From Haliotis cracherodii (taxonomy: Eukaryota), in assembly GCF_022045235.1 (NCBI RefSeq), contig NW_027266308.1:22444001-22508000 (forward strand): a stretch of 64,000 bases of DNA, written 5' to 3'. The position numbers were made by a program, and so were the translations under genes. The notes below the pieces were generated by a model that saw nothing but the letters and a program-made list of their open reading frames with translations, had not been told where the DNA came from and ran no database searches. Of the stretch, positions 52,460-64,000 are shown in pieces; within the stretch, counting starts at the first letter, position 1, and each line of letters starts with the position of its first letter.

Positions 52460-54670
52460 ATCAAAGGTTGATGATGGCTGCCGAGTATCAGCAAGGTGTT
52501 ACCATTCACAAAGCAGGAATGAGCCTGCACACACTATCGAGGTATAGTTATCTTCAAGAATTAATGATTTTAAAAAAAGACTCAAGGAACCAGTTGTCCC
52601 TGGTAAAACTCGGTCTCAAACCCTTTTAGATCCTAGCCAGAAAATGTGTTTTAATGTGATAAAATTGAGAATTTATGAACTCTTTTTGTGTTCAGATATT
52701 GTGTATAATGGTTTCATTTTTATATATTCCTTACCTCCATTCTCAACTTTTGTTACAAAGGATTTAAGGATTGTGTTTACAGAAACAAACCTTTCCTTTG
52801 TGGTGACCCAATTCATAATACATTATGGCAAATTGGCCATTATGATGGCAAAATGATGGTTTCAATCAAATTAAATTTAGTTGTCAAGACGCCTCATTGG
52901 TTTGTTTCAGGTATTCCTTGTTAATGGCACTCCCATACAAATAAAAGGAGCAACATGTTCATGCATTATTAGCAAGAGTGGTGCATGTGGTCATCAACTG
53001 GCTAATTACAAGACACTTTGGAAATTGACAATTCCTACTGATGTGGCCAAGACATCACTCCCACAGACCTGGCATGTCCCCCATGGTGATCACACCAAAG
53101 GTCAGAGTGTCCACAGTTTAGAGATGAGAGGTCAACAAGAAAGAAGAGTCAAGTGCCTTGAAGTCTACATTATGCAACCCTATGCGGACACCTCTACCAG
53201 ATCTTGTACATCATATCACAACTATACATTCAATTGACAATTCAGTTTCCTTGTTGACAAATGTCCGAGATAAGTTTCCGCATAATCTGCTTTTAATTTC
53301 TACTTCCCTTGGAGAGTTTCTCAAAGGCAGTGCATTGACTTATCAGCAAAATTTGCACAGTGACTTTGTTTTGTATATTTTGAATCCTCTACTTTTCCCC
53401 GATTTGCCTGTAGATACGCATTATCATGATACCAACTTATCATACAATGCTTTTTGAGATGCAGACTGTTGCACTCTCTACCCTGTCTGTATCACCCGAG
53501 GAGTGTCTACAGATAGACCAGAGCACCGGTTAGCAGTCCAGTGAACCACGATGGCATGCCATGAGGATGGATCAAGTCACCGCATCACATGCAGGAGAAA
53601 TATTCAAAAAAGAGGTAATGTAAACTGTGATTAATAAAAAAATTGTTAAATCATATTAAAGTAAAATTGGATTTGGAATTAGTTATAAGGAAATCTAGTT
53701 CATAACTACCTAAACTTCTCACAGTCTTGACCTTTAAATTAAAATATTTATCTCTTTTTTAACTTTGCAATGACAAGATAAACATTCTTATATTAAATAA
53801 TATATTAAAAGAAAATAATGTTCTATTTTTTCGGATAATGGTGAAAAAGTAATCTGTGTAATCTATGCCAGTGAACAGAATTATTTTCATTCATATTTTT
53901 CAATAATTAACTTGACAGATAAAGATGCATTTGCAAAGCAGCTAAAGACCACTACATCAAGACGAGGCATCAACATGAGGTTTAGTCTGTCCAATGAACC
54001 AATTGCAGCTCAGGCGTATTGTCAGGTAGCAGCAATGTCATGGTATATCCATATTTAATGTCATTCATTTCAGCTGGGTAAGTAGATTTTACCCAAATTT
54101 TATAAATGTCAACATCCTTAAAATGAGTCCGATTTATGAGTTGTCTCCCTTGCACAGTGAATATATGTATTTTTCCTATTATGCACTCCATTTCTAATTG
54201 CAGTAAAGAGGATGTGTATCTGAATACAACGTTTTGTTTCTACATTCCTGTAAATACACTTCTTTCATTATGTGTTTCTTTTGAAATGAACAAGGAGGTC
54301 AACATCTACCCATGTGGAATTGTGATTCACCCAAAGTGCTATTGGCTTGCTGCATCTCCAGATCGAAAAGTGTATGACCCTTCCTCTGACCCCCCCCCCC
54401 CCCCTTTCGGTCTCCTGGTGATGGAAGTGTCGTTGCTCCTAACTTGGGGTATGTAGCTTACCTGGAAAGGACACATGGTGTTATGTCTTTAAAACAAAAT
54501 CACAATAATTATTTCCAGATTCAAATGCAGCTTGCTGTTACAGGACGTAAGTGGTGTGATTTCTTTGTTTGGTCACAACAGGGAATTCACCTGGAAAGGA
54601 GCATTTAATTCTGATTGGTGGTGCAGCACTCAAGCAAACCTTGATGAATTTTTCTTGGAATGTTATTTGT
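52460..54670 (+). pseudogene. Decayed intron-containing SWIM + YqaJ/lambda-exonuclease-like gene, probably transposon cargo
   Basis: CSC...GACGH, TSLPQTWHVP, QSS...WH..R...VTAS, GIVIHP...WLAASPDRKV, YFQIQMQLAVTGRKWCDF; stops and frameshifts present. Confidence 0.7.
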
Positions 54671-55310
54671 AGACAATTGAAGATGTGATTTTAGATATAC
54701 TGTTAGCAAGACATTTGTATACTAAGAATTTTAAATTCAGACCAAATATCCAGTGCTATGTATTGGCTCAACTGGTAATTCGCCATTCACTGTCAAGTCG
54801 TCAGGCATCCCATTTATCCTGAATACAGTATTATAACGTCAATACTATATTATTACTTTCTCCTAGCGGTGTGCGGGGTAGATGAAAGTGAGTAGTGTGC
54901 CCCAGTAGCCCTGGCACAAACATGTAGATACATGATCATGTATACACGGCAGTTGATAGATCCTTTATCCTTACTCGAACATAGTGAGAAAGAAATGCGA
55001 ACATTAGCTATACTTGTAGTGTAACCATTGAGTTTTATTGTTAATGTCATTAAACAGTATGTCACGTGACTAACCACGGGTCCGGGTAGTCATGTAGGTA
55101 CCCGGGTCCTACTCATCTAATGTATGTATGTGTAAGCAGCTGCGTTAATACAACTTGTTAATTAATCACGATTAAATGTGTTGTTATGATGTAACACAAC
55201 AGTTGGTCATAGAATACAAAATCAGTTCAGTACTGGTATCAGTGCACTTAGATAGCTGTCGAATAATGTGACAGTTGTATGAGTAATAGACAGATACTAG
55301 TATCTTTGCT

Positions 55311-56335
55311 TATAAACTGACGTCCAAAAGAAACTTTACCGACTGAAAATATACATTTCAGACAAAGTACAAAAAATGTTTCGATGAAGTCTATCTAAAA
55401 CACATACCCTAATTACAACAATAGTGTATGCAGAAAATGTTAATCGTCTGTTACATGTTTGCGAGATAACAGGCAAAAAAGTGAAAAACACGTGCACCAC
55501 GGACAACTGCAAATGCACGTGCGGGTAAAGGTATAAAACGATTGCAACAGCAAGTCAGACATCCACAGTGATAAAAAAAAAACACAAAAGAAATTCCACG
55601 ACTAACAGTCGAACAACGTGAACGAGCCTTGGGTATGGTACAGATGGGAGCCACCCACGCCCACATTGCACGAACCTTCGGTTGCTCCAGTGTTGCCGTT
55701 ACCAACTTGATGCAACGTTACAGACAGACAGGGCGGACCGCTGACAGGCCAAGAACAGGCAGACCCAGCATGACCACGCCCCATGATGACCGGTACTTGC
55801 GTACCTTGCACCTCCGAAATCGCTTCGTGACAGTGACGTCATCGGCGACAAATGCCTTAGGTCACAGGGATAGTCGACAGACACTGGCCAGGAGACTCAG
55901 GGCTCATGGAATCAGGGCTCTTAGACCATACAGAGGACAGCTATTGACAGCGCAACATCGTCGTCTGCAGTTGAGATGGGTCCGGACTGTACGACGTTGG
56001 CAACGACGTGACTGGCAGAGGGTTGTCTTCACTGACGAAAGTCGATTCTGTATGTTTAGGGCTGATGGAAGACAACGTGTTTACCGCCGAGGGGGTGAAC
56101 GAACGGCGGCGTGTTACGTACAGGAGGTCGTACCATATGGTAGAGGGAGTGTCATGGTGTGGGGAGGGATTTGTGGGCAGAGCGGACACCGCTGTCATCG
56201 TTGACGGAAACTTGACAACTCAGCGTTACATGGATAACATTCTTCGTCCAGTTGTCCTACCATTTCTCCAACAGCAACCACGTGGTGTCATTTATCAGCA
56301 TGACAACGCTAGAGCCCATACATTTTATCACCTGG
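55311..56335 (+). mobile_element. Tc1 transposon, 3' truncated and frameshifted
   Basis: HTH region, DRPRTGRP, VVFTDESRF, VMVWGGI, YQHDNARAH. Confidence 0.88.
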
Positions 56336-56850
56336 AATGGTCGTCTCCCGTTTCCCCTCTTGCTGCAGCGAAAACATATTAAAAAAGTCAAAACTGGAAC
56401 TACATTAAATTTAGGAACAACTGTAAATCTAAAGTCCCCATGTATAACGTAAGATCAGTAAAATCTCAGGCTACAGATATAAGTAAAAAAAAATATGAGT
56501 ACCATCATAAAAAAAAACCTAATGTAATTTTGTTTCCATATACACCGGTCTGAAAAGAATGGTTTATAAGCCAGACAAACCAGTGATTGTTATAATGAGC
56601 CACGCCTCACAACCTCTGTCAGAGTACAATGACGCACAATCATGTTAGTACAAACATAGTACTTCGGTTTTCGATCACCATTTTATTCTCTCTCATTGTC
56701 AAAAACTTTCAGAGAACCAAGTATCATATGAAATGTATTTGTTACTACGTGTATTGAACATAATACAGTTCAATATCGTTATAAATAGTTAGCCTACATG
56801 GCAACATATGGAGATCTAAAACGAATATGGTTGCTATCAATTTCATTGTA

Positions 56851-58244
56851 TACTCAACAACAAAAGTTCCTGTGACACCAATATTTTAGTGTATTTTTCA
56901 AACAAGTAAAGTTTGGTTTTCAATATTGTAGTACACGTATGGAATCAAGTCACAAAAACGCAACTTCTACAGAAAAGCATGCATTCCATGCAGAAGTTTA
57001 CTTTTATGCAATCCCCATGCATTTCACTACCCAATAATGGGTATAAAACATGTGCGTTAACGGGATTCCATATGCATTGTTTAGCATCGTGCTGACAACA
57101 ACCACTCAGAAAAACAACAAAATTACGCAATTATTCAACATTACGAAATGCCACGCCTGTCCGAAAATAAGCGTCTGCGAGCCACTGGTATGCTTGAAGC
57201 AGGATGGAGTCAACGTGATGTTGCAAGACAATGTAACGTCCAAAGAAACACCATTTGGTGTTTATGGCAACGTTGGCAACAGATGACTGCAGTCAGAAAC
57301 CATCGTCGGAGTGGAGGCCACGCGTAACAAATAATCGACAAGACAACTGGAATCGAACAACACACCTACGAAATCGATTCCAGCCAGCAACAGTGACTGC
57401 AAGAAGCATCCCTGGCCTTCGACGAATATCTTCACAAACCGTACGTCGCCGCCTCAGATGTGGAGGGATTGTCGCCAGAAGACCCGCCAGACGTCCCATT
57501 TTGACAGGAAACCATCGTCCAGCACGTCTACAGTGGTGCAGACAGCGTCTACGCTGGACGGCCATGCAGTGGGGACAAGTTCTATTCATTGACGAGTCTC
57601 GTTTTCACCTCACCCACAGCGATGGACGGATTCGAGTGTACCGACGTCGAGGTGAATGTTACGTCAATCATTGTGTCATGGAAGAAGATCGGTTCGGGGG
57701 CCGCAGCGTTATAGTATGGGGTGGGGTTACAGCAAGACAGAGGCCCCATTTGATAGTGGTAGAGGGAAATCTCAATGGACAGCCGTTTTTGCGTCGTCAT
57801 GGCCCAGGCATTACCTTTCGTCATCCCCTGGCCGGCTCGCTCCCCTGATCTCTCACCAATCGAGCACATGTGGAATGAGATGGATCGGCGCCTTCGACGT
57901 AATCCGCTCCAGGAACTAGGAAACATGCTCCAGCAGATATGGACAGATATCCCACAGGACTTTGTGCGACGCCTGGTCCATTCCATGAGACGAAGATGTG
58001 TTGCTTGCATCGCAACCAGAGGTAGACACACACGCTATTGATTTGTAAATTGACATTTTGGCATGTTCATGTTGTTTTTTAAGAAATCACGCAAGTTTCT
58101 GAAGTCAGTATGGTAAATTAAACCATTTGAACACTTACAGGAGTCTTTTATCTGTTGCCAACCGAAATTGTTTCAGATTTGGTAAAAAACATAACTTGGC
58201 ATGAAATCTTATTCAAATGTCACAGGAACTTTTGTTGTTCAGTA
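56851..58244 (+). mobile_element. Tc1 transposon with both ends, disrupted transposase
   Basis: 27-bp TIR tact(c/g)aacaacaaaagttcctgtgaca, TA TSD; FIDESRF, WPARSPDLSPIEHMW, GRHTRY. Confidence 0.95.
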
Positions 58245-58289
58245 TATTGTTCATTGGTGCGCATTGGCTACACCTCTCTCACCTTAATT

Positions 58290-61200
58290 ATCAACCACTG
58301 ATGACCACCATAGTAACAGGTGGCGCTCATGGCGACAGGTCGCACATAACAACCTCCCGAGCAAAATCCATCAAAATCGTAACTAAAATGACCAATCTAA
58401 GAAAAAGACAAAGAGGTAAAGGTGAGACTGAATCTGAGCAAGCTACTCAGCAAGTTAATTCAGTGGACCAAACGTCAACGAAGTCAAAATCGTCGACTGA
58501 TAGCGACACTACCACGACACCTGAGAATCCAGCAACAGCCATGTTGGTGAGCATGTTCGATGACATGAAAACATTCATTAAGGATTCACTCAAAAAGTAA
58601 ACAGATGAAATCACTGACAAAATTGATAAAGTAAACAATGAAGTTACCAAAATACCATCTAAAACAAAGATATTCTGCGGTCAGTCGAGTTCAACTCCGA
58701 GCAGATAAACGTAAACAAGCCTGAGATTCAAATGTTGAGGGACGAAATGGCTGAACTACGTAAAGACACAGAAGCGAAATTATTGACACAAGAACTTTAA
58801 TTTCGAAAGAGCAATTTACTGATCTATGGTATACAAGATTAATTAGACCCAGACACAACTTTTCACTGACCTGGGTTTGCAACGTGCTGACGAAATTAAC
58901 TTTGTCAACATCCATAGACTACCGCGCCAGAGTACAAATATTAATCCCTATACTGCTCAATCACCAAAAACCATCGTGATAAAATATGTCAATATGAAGG
59001 ACAGGTAATTAATCGTGGATGCAAGTTTCCGAAAAAAACGATGTCCTGCGTGAGAGAAAAGTCTCAATCCGCACGGACCTTACTGTACCATTGAAAAAAC
59101 TCCGTGTCAAACTAGCGGGTAAGGCCTACGAGCTTCGCAAAAAAACACCAAGTCCAGACACGGATTCAGGAAAAAGGGCTAGATATCACGCCCCAGTATA
59201 GGAAAAATGCAGACCGACCGTGGTTACATATCAGTCTCGATGAGGATATTGACAACTCTCGGCTGTAGTAAACAACGGTGGCTACACCAATCCTGAGTGC
59301 TTGGCTTTGTGATAGTGTGTAATGCAAGTTACAATACCATTAAGTCTTAAATGTATCCATACAGTGCAACATGGATGATGAAGTCTGCATCTATTGTGAC
59401 TTTGATCAGTTTATGATAGAATGGCCTTCAGTGACACTCGTATTGCCACTTTGATTTGAAGTTTGTTTACGTTGCTATTTATAGAATCACATGAGCGTCA
59501 TGTGAGTAAACGTTTTCATAAATTCCCACTTTATCCTGAACCTAGCGTACATGAAACTTACATTTCCTTGTTCGTGAGATTATGTATCTCTCTTGAAACT
59601 TAACACCGACTGAAAAAGGTATATGTCAGGTAGACTCAATGTTATTGAATTTTGACGTATAGCGCTATAATTATCTATGAGATGTACCGGAACTACAGAT
59701 CACGTGATTTGTACACTCCGCAAGTAGCAGTGGGGCATAATGCCGACAAGTGAGTAGCGGTATCTTGCTACCTGTATTGGTGTATTGTCAAATAGGTTTC
59801 GATAATTGTTCTACTGAAGATAATATCTGAAAACTACGTATGATTTATGGTGTCATTAGAAACATATTGTTGTGTTGACATCTCTCACATCATCATGTTC
59901 ACACGTGAGTTACTTCCGGGTACAGGCTAAAACGGCACCTCAGCAAAACGTCACCGATTTCTCTGGCGAAAACGGCACCTCTATTTATAATAACGATAAC
60001 AATGATTTTTGTAGTAATATATATGGTTTATTTACATGGTATTTGATGTATTTACATTTCATTTGATGTATGTGATGTATTTACATTGTATTTCCTGTTT
60101 TCACAGATAAGTAAATATGTTCATATATACAGTTTTTGTGACATGTCCATTGTCATCATCATCCTGTTCACAATATTCAACTATTCAACTTGTAATTGAG
60201 AGCTTATTGTTACTGAGAACAATTACACCAATCAGGTATAACAACAATATTAATACCTCAACTCGGATAAATAATTGTGATCTGACAGCACCATGTTAGG
60301 CCTCTTAAATACAGATTCAGCTTAAATTGACGTGTTGCTGAGGTGCCGTTTTCGCTATAACCCGTTACTTCCCTTGCTTGGCCTAGTTTGAAGACAGGTC
60401 AGTTGATGGCTATATTAGCACACCCAATTCTGGTCATGGCAATATTGTTTGATTTATAATACCCATGATGGATATAGCTTGTGGAAACGCTACCCTATCT
60501 ATTTTGTTTTTATTATCATTGTATGTTTTCACACAATCTGTTTTTCCCACAAAGTTTAAAAACATTCAATTCAGTAGTTGATGAACCAATATATGATATA
60601 AATAACAGCCTTGACAACAATATGAATCTGTTTAGTTTGGAAAACACTGAATATGGGTGACAAAATAAGAATAGTATCAGCAAATTGCAGGGGCCTAGCA
60701 GATAAAAGGAAATGTAAAGAAGTAATGAACCTATGGCGAAAGAAGAAATTTTCTATAATATGTCTACAAGACATTCATATTTCTAAAGAGGACGAAACAT
60801 TAATGAGAAATGAATGGGGACTTCAAAGTAAAATAGCGCCTTACAAGTCAAATGCAAGTGGAGTTGCACATTTTGTTAAGTAATGCTTTAGAAATATAAA
60901 TCCATAGATTTAAACAAGATATTAATGGAAACTATATAATAGCAGATATCACAATAGAGGGCATAAGGTTAACTCTGACTAATATTTATGGGCCAAATCA
61001 AGATGAACCTGCTTTTTACAATACTTTGTTCAATAATATTGTCGAATTTGAAAACGAATTAATGGTTATATGCGGAGATTGGAACTTGGTTCTCAATCCA
61101 GATGTCGATTTTGAAAATTATAAGTATATAAACAATCCCAAAGCAAGAAAGTTAGTACTTGAAAAAAAAGAAAGTTTTGATCTAATTGATATTTGGAGAG

Positions 61201-63625
61201 AGAAAAATCTAGATGCAAAGAAATACACATGGTGGAAGAAAAAGCCTAAACAACAAGCTAGACATGACTTCCTTTTGGTCTCACAAGACATACAAATATA
61301 ACTATTGATTCTACAATTATACCAGGATACAAATCTGATCACTCTGCAATAACATTGACTTTTTCAAATACACTAAGCAAAGAATTAAAGAGGTAGGGGC
61401 TACTGGAAGTTGAATATATCTTTACTGTTTAACAATGAATATATCTAAATAGTGAAAGATACACTAGAAGAAACAAAGCTAGAATATTAAAACAGTGTCA
61501 TTAGCTGTATACCCAAAGGCACTAAAGAAAAACAACTACTCAAAACTGGCGACCAATTTCTCTCTTAAATTCATTGTATAAAATTTTGAGTACAAACAGA
61601 ATTTAAACAACACTTAATACTCTTGTACACAAAAACAAAACTGGCTTTATCCCTGGAAGATGTATTAGCGAAAACATACGACTACTATATATTTTGTTTG
61701 AAACAAAATTACAAAATAAGCCTGGTTTACTATTACTTACAAACTTTTGATACTGTTTCAAAACAATTTACTATGTTGACACTGGAAAAGTTTGGCTTTG
61801 GACCTAATATAAGAAAATGGATATACATACTTATAAATAATGCTTCATCTTGCATCATATAAAATGGACACCTATCTACATTCTTCTGTAACGAAAGGGG
61901 ATGTAGACAAGGAGACCCATTGTCTCCATATCTATTCCTGCTCATTGCAGAAACGTTGGGAATAATGATTTGTGATAATAATGCAATAAAAGGTATCAAA
62001 CTGAATAATGTGGAACATAAACTTGGACAATATGCTGATGATACAGAAATATTTCTAGATGGGACTGGTGAAAGTTTAAGTACAGCGAATGAAGGCCTAA
62101 ATGATTTTTATAAAATGTCAGCATTAAAAATTAATATTGATATAACAAAAGCAATATGGATAGGCTCAATGACAGGCTGTGACATCAAATTATGTCAGGA
62201 TCTTAAACTAGACTGGCACAGTGGGGACTTTGAAATATTGGGAATAAAGCTTAATTCGAACTTAAATAATCGTGGGTAATCAATACAAAGAGGAGAATTG
62301 AAATCATTAATCAAATTTCAGGGAATTGAAGGAAAAGAAATTTAACATTGATAGGTAAATTTATTGTTGTCAAATTCTTGGCCCTGTCAACATTAGTGCA
62401 TATATTTTCCTCTCTTCCAAACCCTCCAAGTGAATGTATTGATGAACTAAACAAAATATTGTACAGATTCATCTGGAATGATAAAAGGGACAAAATAAAA
62501 CGAACAACTTTAATTAGAAAATATGACGAAGGCGGACTGAGAATGATAGAGGTAAGGTCTTTTATAATTTCTCTAAAAGTATCAGTTCTCAGAAAACATC
62601 TCCAAAACAAAAACTATAATAACTCTGGCATCTTTCCACCCAAAAACATATTCCTACTTGGGGCCAATATTGAAAACTGTATACACTTAGCTAACCCTTA
62701 CTGGAGTGATGTTTTGGCTGCTTGGGGAACACTGTATAGAAGACACAAAACTAACTCCACAAACATTGAAGAAGTGCTGCCAGAACCTCTTTGGTGTAAC
62801 CATCAGTTTAAAAAAAACAATTTCATTATAAGAAATTGGTTTTTAAAGGGAATTTACACTATTCAAGATCTCTGTAATGAAGATGATATAATGCCCTTTA
62901 ATGAATTTAAAAGAAAATACCAAAATAAAGGCACCAATATTGACTATTACCAAGTTCTATGAAGCATACCAAAATTCTGGAAAGATACTATTAGAAATAA
63001 TCACATTATCTTAAATAATCAACTTTGATGGACTTACTTGTATCGCCTCAAGGCTCCAGATATTTTTATAAGACTATAACTGGAGCAAATCTCCCAACAG
63101 TCTGTGAAGAATTCTCGACTTAGATATATCATGGAAGGGTGTTTTTATCAGATACAGAAAATGTACAAAAGATGTAAAATTACTTGATTTTCAATATGAA
63201 TTTATTTCTTGCATCATCTATACAAAGAAAAAAATGTTTAAAATGAAATTCTCGATCTGTGCTCATTTTGTGAAACTGATACTGAATCCTTACTTCATGT
63301 ATATTGGGATTGTAAGCATGTTAAAGAGTTTGGGGCTATAGTTGAATGTTTTCTGAATGCAAAATGTTCAAAACAATTTACATTTACAAAATGCTATGTT
63401 TTACTTGGGTACAACTCAAGTAACACATGACATTCTGTTAAATCACATCATACTGGCATGCAAAAAATATATACATGTACATGTATCAAGTATTAAAAAA
63501 AACAAATTGTCACTTGAAAAGTTTCTCAAGACTTTAATTGATATATTTCGGATAGAGAAATCAATTGCACACAAAAACAATACATTAAGACTGAATTCTG
63601 GTCAAACATATACTGCTTGCCCTTG
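58290..63625 (+). mobile_element. Degraded L1/Tx1-group LINE: ORF1 (~58388-59270) and ORF2 (60653-63620)
   Basis: IVSANCRGL..ICLQDIH, ICGDWN, NWRPISLLN, GCRQGDPLSPYLF, QYADD, GGLRMIE, C-terminal C..C...ESLLH...C; EN-RT linker largely deleted near 61480. Confidence 0.88.
59918..60363. mobile_element. MITE with 9-bp TSD (Mutator-like) inside the LINE
   Basis: TSD gttacttcc at 59909 and 60364; TIR gggt...aaaacggcacctcagcaa.acgtca. Confidence 0.8.
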
Positions 63626-63636
63626 ATAATTACCCA

Positions 63637-63907
63637 ACCCGTGAAGATTCCGTGGTAGAATAGGTCTTCAGCAACCCATGCTTGCCGTAAAAGGTGACTA
63701 TCCTTGTCGTAAAAGGCGACCAACGGGACCGGGTGGTCAGGCTCGGTGACTTGGTTGATGCATGTCATCGATCCCAATTGCGTGGATCGATGCTCATGAT
63801 GTCAATCACTGGATTGTCTAGTCCAGACTCGATTATTTACAGACCGCCGTCATATAGCTGGAATATTGCTGAGTGCGGCGTTAACCAAACCAAACAACCA
63901 ACCAAAC
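63637..63907 (+). mobile_element. Full-length SINE family B
   Basis: acccgtgaag head, core and (CAAC)n tail shared with other copies. Confidence 0.88.
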
Positions 63908-64000
63908 ATATTAATATCAACACTGACGCTCAGTGAAAGTGACCGGCAAACTGCATTCTAAACCCCGCCACTTCTGAAAAATACGATTACCTTGATTCGT

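Noticed and set aside
46057-58244. Both complete Tc1 elements are 1394 bp long
   Set aside because: TIRs beyond the first bases and internal sequences differ, and both carry deletions; treated as coincidence.
10184-63936. Recurrent ORFs MVRLADLVDACHRS... (10184, 37862, 63694)
   Set aside because: Translations of SINE family B, not a protein family.

Overview
AT-rich, intron-containing eukaryotic DNA. The SINE families with (CACT)n/(CAAC)n tails suggest a mollusc, possibly an abalone-like gastropod (inference only). The first ~49 kb hold a same-strand tandem array of SLC46-family (PCFT/SLC46A2/SLC46A3-like) MFS transporter genes: five intact 4-exon genes (1102-3727, 11035-15086, 23211-28218, 30021-33096, 42620-45673), one full-length pseudogene (4632-8680) and two exon-1 relics (~19.3 kb, ~48.5 kb). 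All intact copies share exon sizes of ~1.1 kb/84/157/~130 nt (79 nt in copy 5) and the same intron phases. The paralogs differ at charged transmembrane residues (one lacks the Arg equivalent to PCFT R376), at the N-terminal dileucine sorting motif, in C-terminal length and in cryptic splice sites, which fits birth-and-death evolution with possible substrate or compartment diversification. The rest is transposon-derived: Tc1 elements, TTAA- and 9-bp-TSD MITEs, three SINE families, CR1/L2-, I/Nimb- and L1/Tx1-like LINE remnants, and decayed RecQ-, THAP- and SWIM/YqaJ-coding relics. No prokaryote-type systems are present.
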